Shown here one piece after another: positions 47,263-56,261 of a DNA stretch of 64,000 nucleotides. Made by a program: the position numbers and the translations under genes. Source of the DNA: Kiritimatiellia bacterium. Its GTDB lineage: Bacteria; Verrucomicrobiota; Kiritimatiellia; RFP12; UBA1067. The notes below the pieces were generated by a model that saw nothing but the letters and a program-made list of their open reading frames with translations, ran no database searches and was not told where the DNA came from. Location: contig JAPXSY010000004.1 in NCBI GenBank assembly GCA_033812795.1, positions 20,768-84,767 on the forward strand, given 5' to 3'. Every line of letters begins with the position of its first letter. Position 1 is the first letter of the stretch.

Positions 47263-50202
47263 ATGAGAGTAGGGTTGATTACGCTTCTGATTTGTGCCGC
47301 GGGTGTTCAGGCGGAGACGCATGTGTGGCTGGGCGGGGACGGCGCCTACGCGACCCCGGGAAAGTGGGATTCCGGCGTCGTGCCGTCGGCGGGGGACAGC
47401 GTGGTGATCTCCAACGGGTCGGTGACGGTCACGGCAGCCGACACGTTTGCCGAACTGGCATCCGTCACTCTGGGCGAGAACGGCGCGCTCGTGTGCAATG
47501 AAACCGTCGAGACGACGGCCGATGTGGCTTTCGGCGTCAGCAACATCCTCGATGTCACGGCGGGCGAACTGGTTTTCCACGGCTATGCCGGCGGCACCGG
47601 GTTCACGAAAGAGGGCGCGGGCCGGGTGCGTTTCACCGGGGGGGAGAGCGGGGTCACCGCATGGCTCCCCGGTTTGCGGGAGTGCCGGCTTCCGGGGTCG
47701 TTCAACCTCGCCTCGCCGAATACGGGAACGCGGGTGTCGACCGGGCTCGACATGGCGAATACGGTCTGGCCCGCCGATTATACGGACACCACGTTCGCCT
47801 ATGCCGGAGAGATCTATCTGGACGGATCGCGGTACACCTTCGCCGAGCGTGTGGACGATAACGCCTATCTCGAAATCGGCGGCACGGTCGTGCTTTCCAA
47901 CAGTTCTTACACCGCGGTCTCGGAGGGGTCGATCCAGCCTGCGGCCGGCTGGCACCCGATCAATCTGCGGGTCGGGAACGCAAGCGGCGCGGGCGGCTCG
48001 CTGAACGTGCATGCCACGGGCGGCGGGATCGCCTGGAGGAAAGAGGGCGCCGTATGGCAGAGGCTGCGTGATTTCAGCGGCGGCATGGCCCTGCGCGCCC
48101 CCGGCCGGCTGGCCGCGGGGTTCTCGGAAGGGATCACCCTCAACAATGGATCGGTTGTGGTGCTCACCGAGACCGCCGCCGGTTCGGCGGGCGACGCATC
48201 CGCGAACTCCCTCGGCGCGCTCGCGCTGAACGCGGGCACGCTCATCCTCTCCAACGCCGCGTGCCGCGCCTCTGCCCTTGACGGGAACGCGTCCGCCCTC
48301 CTCCGTCTGGATCTGGCCGGGCTCACCCTGTCGAACGAGACGGACAGCGTCTATCCCGGCAAAACCTCAGGCGTTGGCACGCTGATTAAGGACGGCGCCG
48401 GCCGGTTGCAGTGGCAGGCCCGCAGCGTCTCGCACTACGCGCACTCCGCGACGATCGTCAACAACGGCATGGTCGCGCTCGGCGATTCCGGATCCTGGCT
48501 GGGGGACTATAACTTCGGCACCTTCACCGTGAATCAGCCCGGCATGGTGAACACCCTCATCAACGGCAACACGCAGTTCGACAGCCTCTGGGGCGACGGG
48601 GTCATGACCAACAGCACAGGCCTTTCCGCTTACCAGCAACTGCGGATACAAACCGGGCCGTGCGAATTCGCGGGCATCATCAGCGGGAAGATCCGGTACT
48701 ACTCCAGAGGCAATGTCGCGCTCACCGGCACCGACAGCACGTTCGCCGGAAATTTCGCCGTCCACAGCAGCGGCGGCCCGGGCATCACGGGGCTCAAGAA
48801 AATCGGCCTCACCGGACAGCCCTCCTCCATGGGGACTTCCGGCACCATCGACATCCGCGAAAATGGCGGCACGCTCCGTTATCTCGGGACCGGGGAGACC
48901 ACCGACAAAAACTTCCTCCTCTATCCGTCCGGCACCCGGGCGGTGATTGACGGCGGCGCGCACGGCGGGGTGACCTTCAACGGAAAATGGAGCACCACGG
49001 GCGGCCGGCTCGTCCGTCTCGCGCTCAAGGGAACCAACGCCGCGCCCTGCGTCTTCAACGGCGAATATAACGAGCATTCGATGAACGGCACAAACTACTC
49101 GACCTATATCGCCAAAGAGGATCCCGGCGTTTGGGTGTTCAAGCACCATGCGGGCCGCTCCAACCGCGGGGTGATCGACGTGCGGGAGGGAACGCTCCAA
49201 TTCGAGTCGATCGCCGAGGCGGGGCAGATCTGTTCGCTGGGGCGTTCGGACCTCCTGTTCGAGGACGTGATCAACAATAACACGAACGGGCTCGGGGTCG
49301 CTTACGCGTTCAGTCTCGGAACCCCGTCGACAACCGGCACGCTGGAGTATATCGGCGCCTACAGCGCCAGTTGCGCGACGCGCAGGCTCGTCCTGCAGGG
49401 GGACGGACGGTTGAAGTCCGACGGCGCGCCGTTGTCGTTCAGCGGCGGGGTCGAGTCCCTCACCGCAGGCGGCAAGACCCTCTATCTCGACGGCGGCGCG
49501 ACCAATGCGCTCGGTACGGTCGCGGACGGCGCGGGGACGGTCGGCATCACGAAAGAGGGCTCCGGCACCTGGTGCCTCGCCGCAACCAACGCGTTCACCG
49601 GCCCGCTGGAGGTGAAGGCCGGGCGGGTGGTGCTGGACAAACGGGGTTACGCCTACTACCGTTTCAACCTGCTGCAGCGGAACTACGGCAACACGGTGGC
49701 CGACACCAACATCGAACTCACCGAGTTCGCCCTGTACAGCGCCGACGGGGTGCGCCGCAATCTGAATCTCGCCAAGAACGGCACCAACAATGTGTCCGCG
49801 CTCCGGCCCGGCGAGTTCTGCCCCATGGGGTCGTATCAAACCTATGGGGTTCGGAATGACGACAAGTTGTTTGACGGCGATAGCGATTCGCAGTGGACGG
49901 TCAACACGGTCGGCTTTCTGCCGCACACGCCGATCCGGCTGGTGATGCGTCTGGCGGAGGACACACCGCCCATCACGGGGTACGATTTACAATACTGGCC
50001 TGCGGCGGCTGACCGTTTTCTCTCGGGTTGGTCGGTCGAGGGCAGCCGTGACGGCGTGACCTGGGATCTGCTCGACAGCGTGATGGATTACCAGCCGGTG
50101 CCTCCCGCGGGCATGGGCGGCACGGAGATGGCGGACAGAAAGCGGCGAACAAGTTTCGGTGCCTCCCGCGGGCATGGGCGGCACCGTCAAATGGTGGTAT
50201 AG
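47263..50202 (+). CDS. giant secreted autotransporter-associated beta-strand-repeat (PATR) protein with C-terminal discoidin-like domain; reading frame broken at about 50124
   Basis: Signal peptide MRVGLITLLICAAGVQA, with AAGGAAG 5 nt upstream of the ATG at 47263. Repeated W-GG-G-W / TKEGAGRV / IKDGAGRLQW / ITKEGSGTWCLAATNAFTGPLEVKAGRVVL PATR-style units. FALYSADGV…WSVEGSRDGVTWDLLD is F5/8-type-C-like. The last 26 residues (EMADRKRRTSFGASRGHGRHRQMVV) are out-of-frame junk after a 61-bp insertion. Confidence 0.8.
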   Translation: MRVGLITLLICAAGVQAETHVWLGGDGAYATPGKWDSGVVPSAGDSVVISNGSVTVTAADTFAELASVTLGENGALVCNETVETTADVAFGVSNILDVTAGELVFHGYAGGTGFTKEGAGRVRFTGGESGVTAWLPGLRECRLPGSFNLASPNTGTRVSTGLDMANTVWPADYTDTTFAYAGEIYLDGSRYTFAERVDDNAYLEIGGTVVLSNSSYTAVSEGSIQPAAGWHPINLRVGNASGAGGSLNVHATGGGIAWRKEGAVWQRLRDFSGGMALRAPGRLAAGFSEGITLNNGSVVVLTETAAGSAGDASANSLGALALNAGTLILSNAACRASALDGNASALLRLDLAGLTLSNETDSVYPGKTSGVGTLIKDGAGRLQWQARSVSHYAHSATIVNNGMVALGDSGSWLGDYNFGTFTVNQPGMVNTLINGNTQFDSLWGDGVMTNSTGLSAYQQLRIQTGPCEFAGIISGKIRYYSRGNVALTGTDSTFAGNFAVHSSGGPGITGLKKIGLTGQPSSMGTSGTIDIRENGGTLRYLGTGETTDKNFLLYPSGTRAVIDGGAHGGVTFNGKWSTTGGRLVRLALKGTNAAPCVFNGEYNEHSMNGTNYSTYIAKEDPGVWVFKHHAGRSNRGVIDVREGTLQFESIAEAGQICSLGRSDLLFEDVINNNTNGLGVAYAFSLGTPSTTGTLEYIGAYSASCATRRLVLQGDGRLKSDGAPLSFSGGVESLTAGGKTLYLDGGATNALGTVADGAGTVGITKEGSGTWCLAATNAFTGPLEVKAGRVVLDKRGYAYYRFNLLQRNYGNTVADTNIELTEFALYSADGVRRNLNLAKNGTNNVSALRPGEFCPMGSYQTYGVRNDDKLFDGDSDSQWTVNTVGFLPHTPIRLVMRLAEDTPPITGYDLQYWPAAADRFLSGWSVEGSRDGVTWDLLDSVMDYQPVPPAGMGGTEMADRKRRTSFGASRGHGRHRQMVV
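50096..50184 (+). repeat. perfect 28-bp direct repeat flanking a 33-bp insert (61-bp period) inside the adhesin gene
   Basis: CGGTGCCTCCCGCGGGCATGGGCGGCAC occurs at 50096-50123 and 50157-50184. Removing one repeat unit plus the spacer (61 nt) fuses frame 1 (…PVPPAGMGGT) to ORF 50159..50611 (PPAGMGGTVKWWYSTG…). Confidence 0.9.
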
Positions 50203-50611
50203 CACCGGCACGGTCACGCCCGGCAACGGGTTCGCCATCGCCGACGGCGTGGTGACTCAGGCGTTGCTGGCGGCGGACGTGCGGGTCGGCGTTTCGGACG
50301 GCGCCGAACTGGCGGTCCTCGGTGGCACCGAAACGCTCAGCGCGCTGGCCATCGACTATGACGCGGGCGGCGGCACGGTCCGCGGCGTGACGCTGGCCCC
50401 GAACGGGAGGCTTGACGTGACCGGGACGACGATGCGGGGGCTGAATTTGGTTCTGCCGCTGACGATCCCGGAGCTGGGTAACCCCGGCGCTTTGGCCAGT
50501 TGGAGCCTGTATATCAACAATGAACTGATTCCGGGCGTATCCCTGAGTTGGGATGCGAAGACCGGGATGATCCGGGTTTCCCCCCTCGGCACGCTCATGC
50601 TGTTCCGATGA
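50159..50611 (+). CDS. C-terminal fragment of the PATR/discoidin protein (frameshifted continuation)
   Basis: 150-aa ORF starting in the second repeat copy, with the same PPAGMGGT peptide as the end of the upstream ORF. It has no independent RBS. Confidence 0.6.
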   Translation: MPPAGMGGTVKWWYSTGTVTPGNGFAIADGVVTQALLAADVRVGVSDGAELAVLGGTETLSALAIDYDAGGGTVRGVTLAPNGRLDVTGTTMRGLNLVLPLTIPELGNPGALASWSLYINNELIPGVSLSWDAKTGMIRVSPLGTLMLFR

Positions 50612-50649
50612 GCGTTGGCGGCACATCAATCCCGTCCTTTTCCGAAAAG

Positions 50650-50931
50650 AACCGAATGGTAATCGGTTCGTGACAGGGGTCATGCGAGTCGAGCGCGTGT
50701 TTTACGTGTACGCAGTCGGGAGCGCGGGCGTCCCCGCCCGCTCTGTGAAAGGCCGATTGTGATTCCGATGCGCGGTTTGATTTCAAATGGAGGTACGCGC
50801 GTCAGCCTTTCTTTTGCAAGACACGTTGTTGCGGGCGAGGACGCCCGCGTTCCCGACTCACCGCTCCTCTTTTCACCAGAAACGCATGATCTTCGCACCC
50901 CCCTGTCACGAGCCGATTACAACCGAATGGT
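50650..50931. mobile_element. MITE-like element with terminal inverted repeats and 11-bp flanking direct repeat
   Basis: TIRs are AATCGGTTCGTGACAGGGG (50661-50679) and CCCCTGTCACGAGCCGATT (50900-50918), 18/19 complementary. AACCGAATGGT flanks both sides (50650-50660 and 50921-50931). No ORF with coding character inside. Same family as 34160-34429. Confidence 0.7.
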
Positions 50932-51055
50932 GGACATGACGAACCGCCCTTTTTTTGCTTTAATTAAGAAATGAATCGGAGAAGGACGGGAAATCCGTGC
51001 TTCAGGGGGCATGGATACCCGGGCGCAGCCATGCAACGATCAAAGGAGTAAGACG

Positions 51056-52408
51056 ATGGAGACCATGACATTCAATCGGAGGACGTTCCTCAAATCCACG
51101 GCCGCCGCAGCCGCCGTGTTGCCGACCTTCAACATCCTGAGCCAAGAGGCAAAGACCATTGGCCCCGATGATGATCAGGTCAACGCGGCCGTGATCGGCT
51201 ACGGCGCCGAGGGTGAGATTTTGGCGGACGCCGCGATGAAGATCCCCGGTGTGCGTTTCAAGGCGGTCTGCGACATCTGGGACTACCGCCGCAAGATGGC
51301 GCGCGGCCGCATGCGCGCGCTGGGTCACGATGTCAAGGTCTACGAAGATTACCGTGAGATGCTTGACAAAGAGGACAAGAACATCGACTGCGTGATCGTC
51401 GCGACCCCGGACTGGATGCATGCGGAACACAGCGTCTACTGCATGGAGAAGGGCAAGCACGTCTATTGCGAAAAGGAGATGTCCAACCGTCTGGAGAAGG
51501 CCAAGGAGATGGTTCTGGGTCAGCGCCGCACCGGCAAGATCTTCCAGATCGGCCACCAGCGCCGCTCCAATCCGCGCTACATCCACGCGATCAACCGCGT
51601 GATCCGCGAGGCCAACATGCTGGGCCGCGTGACCCACGCCTACGGCCAGTGGAACCGTTCGGTCGCTCCCTTCCTGACCGTGCGCGACCGCCTCAACATC
51701 CCGACCGAGACGCTCCAGAAGTACGGCTACGAGAACATGGAGCAGTTCCTCAACTGGCGCTGGTTCGATAAGTACGGCGGCGGCCCGATGGTCGACCTTG
51801 GCTCGCACCAGATCGACCTCTTCTTCTGGGTCTGGGACTGCGTGCCGGTCACGGTCACCGCAATCGGCGGCAATGACTACTACAACCGCCAGATGAACGA
51901 CAACGTGATGGCGATTTACGAATTTAAGACCAAGGAGGGCGTGATCAACCGCGCCTACTATCAGGTGCTGACGACCTCCAGCCGCGGCGGCTTTTACGAG
52001 CAGTTCATGGGCGAGAACGGCTCGCTCACCATCTCCGAGATCGCGGCCCGCGGTAATGCGGTGCAGCGCGAAGTGCGCGACGGCGTGCCGGACTGGGAGC
52101 AGTTCGCCAAGAAGGGTCTGGTGCTGCCGGTCAGGAAGCCGGTGGCCGCGGCTGTCACCTCCAACGCGGCGCTCGACGTGCGCGTGACCGCCGAGGCCGA
52201 TGGCTGGCCGTTGCCGGTCGATCTGCTCAAGCCGGCGCACATGCCGCATCTGGAAAACTTCTTCCTCGCCGTGCGCCGTAACAAGCCCGAGCTTCTGACC
52301 TGCCCGGTCGAATTGGCGTACGAGTCGGCAGTGGCGGTGCTGGCGGCCAACCGTTCGGTCGCTGAAGGGAAGACCATTACCTTCAAGCCGGAAGATTTCA
52401 AAGTTTAA
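51056..52408 (+). CDS. Tat-exported Gfo/Idh/MocA-family oxidoreductase
   Basis: METMTFNRRTFLKSTAAAAAVLPTF contains a perfect twin-arginine motif (RRTFLK). Rossmann segment AAVIGYGAEGE and YCEKEM (EKP-like motif). AAAGGAG lies 7 nt upstream of the ATG at 51056. Confidence 0.9.
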   Translation: METMTFNRRTFLKSTAAAAAVLPTFNILSQEAKTIGPDDDQVNAAVIGYGAEGEILADAAMKIPGVRFKAVCDIWDYRRKMARGRMRALGHDVKVYEDYREMLDKEDKNIDCVIVATPDWMHAEHSVYCMEKGKHVYCEKEMSNRLEKAKEMVLGQRRTGKIFQIGHQRRSNPRYIHAINRVIREANMLGRVTHAYGQWNRSVAPFLTVRDRLNIPTETLQKYGYENMEQFLNWRWFDKYGGGPMVDLGSHQIDLFFWVWDCVPVTVTAIGGNDYYNRQMNDNVMAIYEFKTKEGVINRAYYQVLTTSSRGGFYEQFMGENGSLTISEIAARGNAVQREVRDGVPDWEQFAKKGLVLPVRKPVAAAVTSNAALDVRVTAEADGWPLPVDLLKPAHMPHLENFFLAVRRNKPELLTCPVELAYESAVAVLAANRSVAEGKTITFKPEDFKV

Positions 52409-52417
52409 GCAGCGGAC

Positions 52418-52454
52418 AGGTCCGACAGGTCTCCACCGGTCTGACAGGTCGGAC
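52418..52454 (+). repeat. RGGTCKGAC nonamer array upstream of the cytochrome gene
   Basis: aggtccgac, aggtctccac, cggtctgac, aggtcggac in tandem, ending 17 nt before the ATG at 52472. The same word array occurs at 56188-56232. Confidence 0.8.
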
Positions 52455-52471
52455 GGACAGGAAGTCATCGA

Positions 52472-55201
52472 ATGAAAAAGTTTCTCTCTATCATACTGGC
52501 CTGCGCGATCGTCCCGGCGTTTGCGAAGGTCGAGTCGCACTGGGACGGCGGGCGTAACACGCCGGTGCACCGTCTCAACCTGAATGACGAGTTCGGCGAT
52601 GTGATTGTGCCCGGCACGCCCAACGCCCTGCCGTTGAGCACGCGTCAGACCTGCGGTCAGTGCCATGATTACGACACCATCGCGTCCGGCTGGCATTTCA
52701 ATATGTCCTGCACAAATGCGGTGCACGGCCGTAGCGGCCAGCCTTGGTTCCTGATCGATCCGCTCAGCGGGTCGCAGATCCCGATGAGCCTGCGCGGCTG
52801 GCAGGGTACGCATACGCCCGGCCAGCTCGGCATGACCGACTGGGAGTGGGTCTACGCCTTTGGCCGTCACATGCCGGGCGGCGACCGCGCTGATCCCAAG
52901 GATCTCTACGCCGAAGGCGGGCCGCGCGCCCGCTGGGACGTGTCGGGGCCCGTTGAAATCAACTGTTTCGCCTGCCACAGCCGGAACGCGGAATACGACC
53001 ATAGCGAGTGGGTGCGCCTGATTCTGCGCCAGAACTTCCGCTGGGCCGCCACCGGCGCCCTCGGGCTGGGCGACATCCGCGGTATGGGTTCGCGTGTGGC
53101 GGACTATTGGGGCGTGCTGCGCGGCCTGAACCGGGACGATTCGGTCTTTGCCGTGCCGCCGCATGTGGTCTATGATATGCGGCAGTTCGATGCCAAGAAC
53201 CGCACGGTGTTACAGGTTGGTGCGCCGCGCAATGAAAACTGCTTGAGTTGCCACTCGACGTCGCAGGCCGGCATGCCGCATAAAGACATTGACGGCGATG
53301 TGCATCTGCGCGCCGGCATGAGCTGCGCCGACTGCCACGGCAATGGCGAAAACCACGCCATCGCGCGCGGTTACGAAGGCGACACCACCGGCAAGATGGA
53401 CAAGACCCGCGCCAGCGCGAGTTGTGTGGGTTGCCACGTGGGTTCGGATTGCGCGCGCGCCGGTCGTCACGGCGCGCCTGCGCCGCAGCATGTCGGCATT
53501 CCGGTCAGTCACTTCAGGGCTCTGAGCTGCACGACTTGTCACTCCGGCGTGACCGAGGACGGGGCGCTGGCGGAGGTGCGCACCTCGCGCGCCAATCGTA
53601 TGGGTGTCTACGGGCGCGCCCGCTGGGCCACGCCGCAGCCGTTCATTCTGGAGCCGGTCTTCGTGCGCAACGAGACGGGCAAAATCGAGCCGCGCCGCAT
53701 GGTCTGGCCTGCCTTCTGGGGTGTCCGCGCTGAAAACGATGCCGCGTCGATCTCGCCGCTCCGTCCCGAAACCGTGACCGAGGCTTGCACGGGCCTGCTG
53801 GACGTGCGCGAGCAGATCGGGTTGGTTCTGGGGGCACTTGCGACCGACCCCAGCATTCCGGGAATCCCGGTGCTGGCGATCGACGGCAAGCTCTTCAAGC
53901 GGCATCTGGACGGTTATGCCGAGCCGGCCGGCGACACGACGCAGGCGGACGGGTTCTATTACCAGACCGCGACCAACCTGATCGCCGTCATTCCGCCCTT
54001 TGATCCAAACGCTGACACTGAGAAGATGAATGAAGCGCAGCTTGAGGCGCGTCAGAACAACGAGAAGCGGCTGGGGAACCTCTTGCAGACGCTTGATGCC
54101 GCGCCGATGGCTGTGACCAACGGCTTTGGCGCGGTGGTTTATGGCGACAAGCTCTTCTTCCGCGGCGGCGATGGCGAAGCCATGATCAGCACCAACGCGC
54201 CGGCCAAGGTCGATGCACCGGTCGTAGGCTGGTACAAAGACGGTGCCTTCACCGCGCTGGTTTCCGAGTACGCCGCCAAGAATGTCAAGGAACTGGGCGG
54301 CAGCGCGTGCTCGATCACCGAAACGATGGTCGCCGCCGTGCTCAAGCGGCTTACCGAAGTTGGACATGCCCGCGCGGTTTACGTTGCGCACGGTCAGGTC
54401 TGGGAGTTGAAGGCCGACGGCAGCCTGAGTGCCCAGGTCGCGAAAGTCGCGGAACCGGTCTCGTGGGCGGTGGGGCATGACGTGCGTCCCGCGCGCATGG
54501 CCCGCGGCGCGCGGCCGTCCAAGTGCAACGACTGCCATACGGTGGGGTCCACGTTTTTCTTCACCAAAGTCGCGTCGACGGGTCCGTTGCTGACTGCGCG
54601 TAAGCTGGTCAAGATGCAGCACGATTTCATGGGTCTCAGCGGCAGCTACAACAAGGTCTTCGGTACTACCTTCCTGATGCGTCCGTTCTTTAAGGTCTTC
54701 CTCTGGACGGTCTTTGTGATCTTGATGCTGGTCACGGTGGCCTTTGCGGCAGCGGCGGTGCCGGCGGTGCTCGACAAGGGCGGCATCCCGTACGGCAAGC
54801 CGTCCGAACAGTTGATGACGATGATCGACCGTGGTGCGGCGATCACTTTGGCACTTGCCAGTGCTTACCTGTGCCTCTCCGGATTGCTGGGCTGGTTCTT
54901 CCATCTGCTGGTCGGCTATATCTTGGTCTTCCACATGGTGGGCGGTGGGATCTTCGCGGCCTGCCTGCTGGTGCTGATCTGGTTGCGCGGCGGGCGTCGT
55001 ATCGCGAATCCCCGGCGTAACATGCTTTGGATGATCGTCATGCTGCTGGGTGTCGGCGTGGTCTTTACGGCGGTGGCACCGATGATGACCTGGTTCGGCG
55101 AGGGCTGGCAGTGGCTGATGCTCTGGTGCCACCGCCTCGTGACGATGGCGTTCCTGGCCGTTGCGGTCTGGATGCTGCTCACCGGCGGGCGCAAGGAGTA
55201 G
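52472..55201 (+). CDS. heptaheme c-type cytochrome fused to a C-terminal multi-TM module
   Basis: Sec signal MKKFLSIILACAIVPAFA. Seven CxxCH motifs (CGQCH, CFACH, CLSCH, CADCH, CVGCH, CTTCH, CNDCH). The last about 190 aa form 4-5 TM helices with conserved-looking His (FFHLLVGYILVFHMVGG, WCHRLV). Confidence 0.88.
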   Translation: MKKFLSIILACAIVPAFAKVESHWDGGRNTPVHRLNLNDEFGDVIVPGTPNALPLSTRQTCGQCHDYDTIASGWHFNMSCTNAVHGRSGQPWFLIDPLSGSQIPMSLRGWQGTHTPGQLGMTDWEWVYAFGRHMPGGDRADPKDLYAEGGPRARWDVSGPVEINCFACHSRNAEYDHSEWVRLILRQNFRWAATGALGLGDIRGMGSRVADYWGVLRGLNRDDSVFAVPPHVVYDMRQFDAKNRTVLQVGAPRNENCLSCHSTSQAGMPHKDIDGDVHLRAGMSCADCHGNGENHAIARGYEGDTTGKMDKTRASASCVGCHVGSDCARAGRHGAPAPQHVGIPVSHFRALSCTTCHSGVTEDGALAEVRTSRANRMGVYGRARWATPQPFILEPVFVRNETGKIEPRRMVWPAFWGVRAENDAASISPLRPETVTEACTGLLDVREQIGLVLGALATDPSIPGIPVLAIDGKLFKRHLDGYAEPAGDTTQADGFYYQTATNLIAVIPPFDPNADTEKMNEAQLEARQNNEKRLGNLLQTLDAAPMAVTNGFGAVVYGDKLFFRGGDGEAMISTNAPAKVDAPVVGWYKDGAFTALVSEYAAKNVKELGGSACSITETMVAAVLKRLTEVGHARAVYVAHGQVWELKADGSLSAQVAKVAEPVSWAVGHDVRPARMARGARPSKCNDCHTVGSTFFFTKVASTGPLLTARKLVKMQHDFMGLSGSYNKVFGTTFLMRPFFKVFLWTVFVILMLVTVAFAAAAVPAVLDKGGIPYGKPSEQLMTMIDRGAAITLALASAYLCLSGLLGWFFHLLVGYILVFHMVGGGIFAACLLVLIWLRGGRRIANPRRNMLWMIVMLLGVGVVFTAVAPMMTWFGEGWQWLMLWCHRLVTMAFLAVAVWMLLTGGRKE

Positions 55202-55216
55202 CGCGGCATTTGTTCT

Positions 55217-56170
55217 ATGACATCCCAGGTCCACAGGTTTGAGCACCAAGCCATGTCGACGGTGTTCGAGCTGTTGATCGCGACAGAAGATCGGCAGCTT
55301 GCCCAAAGCGCGGCTTATGCGGTGTTCAAAAAGGTGGACGGTCTGGAGGAGCTGATCAGCCGCTTCCTCGACGTGAGCGAGGTGGCGCTGATCAGCCGCC
55401 TGAAGCCGGGTGAGACCTTCCGCGTGGCGCCGGAGCTGATGGAGTTGCTGCTGACCGCCACGCGCGTCTGCGCAGCCACGCAGGGCGCGTTTGATGTGAC
55501 GGTCGGCCCGGTGATGGACGCCCTGCGCGAGGTCAAGCACCGCTGGCGCGCGTTGACGCCGCAAGAGCGCGAAAGCGCCTTGGCCGCGTGCGGCATGAAC
55601 CGGCTGGTTATCGACACCGAAAACCTGCTGATCGCGGTGCAGCCCGACCGCATGGGACGCGCCTCGCCGCTGGAGCTGGATTTCGGCGCCATCGGTAAGG
55701 GCTACGCGCTGGATGTGGCATGCCGCATGTTGACGGAGGACTGGGACTTTGCCGACTTCCTGATGCACAGCGGCACCAGCACCGTGATCGCGCGCGGGAC
55801 GATGGGCGACGGTCAGCCGGGCTGGCCGGTGAGCGTGGGCGGCGATTGGCGCGAACGCGCCGGTTTGCACCATGTGCGGCTTAGCGAGGGCGCGATCAGC
55901 GGGTCGGGCTTTGATGTGAAAGGCGCGCACGTTGTGGACGTGCGTCGCGGCGTCGCGGCATCGCGGCATCCTGCCGCATGGTCGTACGCCCCGGCGGCGG
56001 CGGTGTCGGATGCGCTTTCGACCGCCTGCCTCGGACTGGGATGGAGAGAGATTTGCGCCGCATGCGCGGCGTTGGAAGGATGCGGTGCTTTGGTGGCGCG
56101 GGCGCAGCCCGTGTGGATGGACCGGTTGAGAAGTCCGGTGAGGCAATATGGTGCCTTTCCCGCCGTTTAA
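55217..56170 (+). CDS. apbE: FAD:protein FMN transferase (ApbE family), no signal peptide evident
   Basis: AMSTVFELLIA…FDVTVGP…DFGAIGKGYALD…SGSGF are typical ApbE motifs. The N-terminus MTSQVHRFEHQ has no hydrophobic or lipobox segment. Confidence 0.85.
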   Translation: MTSQVHRFEHQAMSTVFELLIATEDRQLAQSAAYAVFKKVDGLEELISRFLDVSEVALISRLKPGETFRVAPELMELLLTATRVCAATQGAFDVTVGPVMDALREVKHRWRALTPQERESALAACGMNRLVIDTENLLIAVQPDRMGRASPLELDFGAIGKGYALDVACRMLTEDWDFADFLMHSGTSTVIARGTMGDGQPGWPVSVGGDWRERAGLHHVRLSEGAISGSGFDVKGAHVVDVRRGVAASRHPAAWSYAPAAAVSDALSTACLGLGWREICAACAALEGCGALVARAQPVWMDRLRSPVRQYGAFPAV

Positions 56171-56187
56171 TGAAGTGAACGCTTTTC

Positions 56188-56232
56188 GGGTCTGACGGGT
56201 CGGACAGGTCTGACAGGTTGGACGGATCGGAC
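56188..56232 (+). repeat. RGGTCKGAC nonamer array x5 upstream of the discoidin gene
   Basis: gggtctgac, gggtcggac, aggtctgac, aggttggac, ggatcggac as contiguous 9-mers, ending 29 nt before the ATG at 56262. Confidence 0.85.
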
Positions 56233-56261
56233 AAATACGAACAGAGGAACAAGGAGGACAC

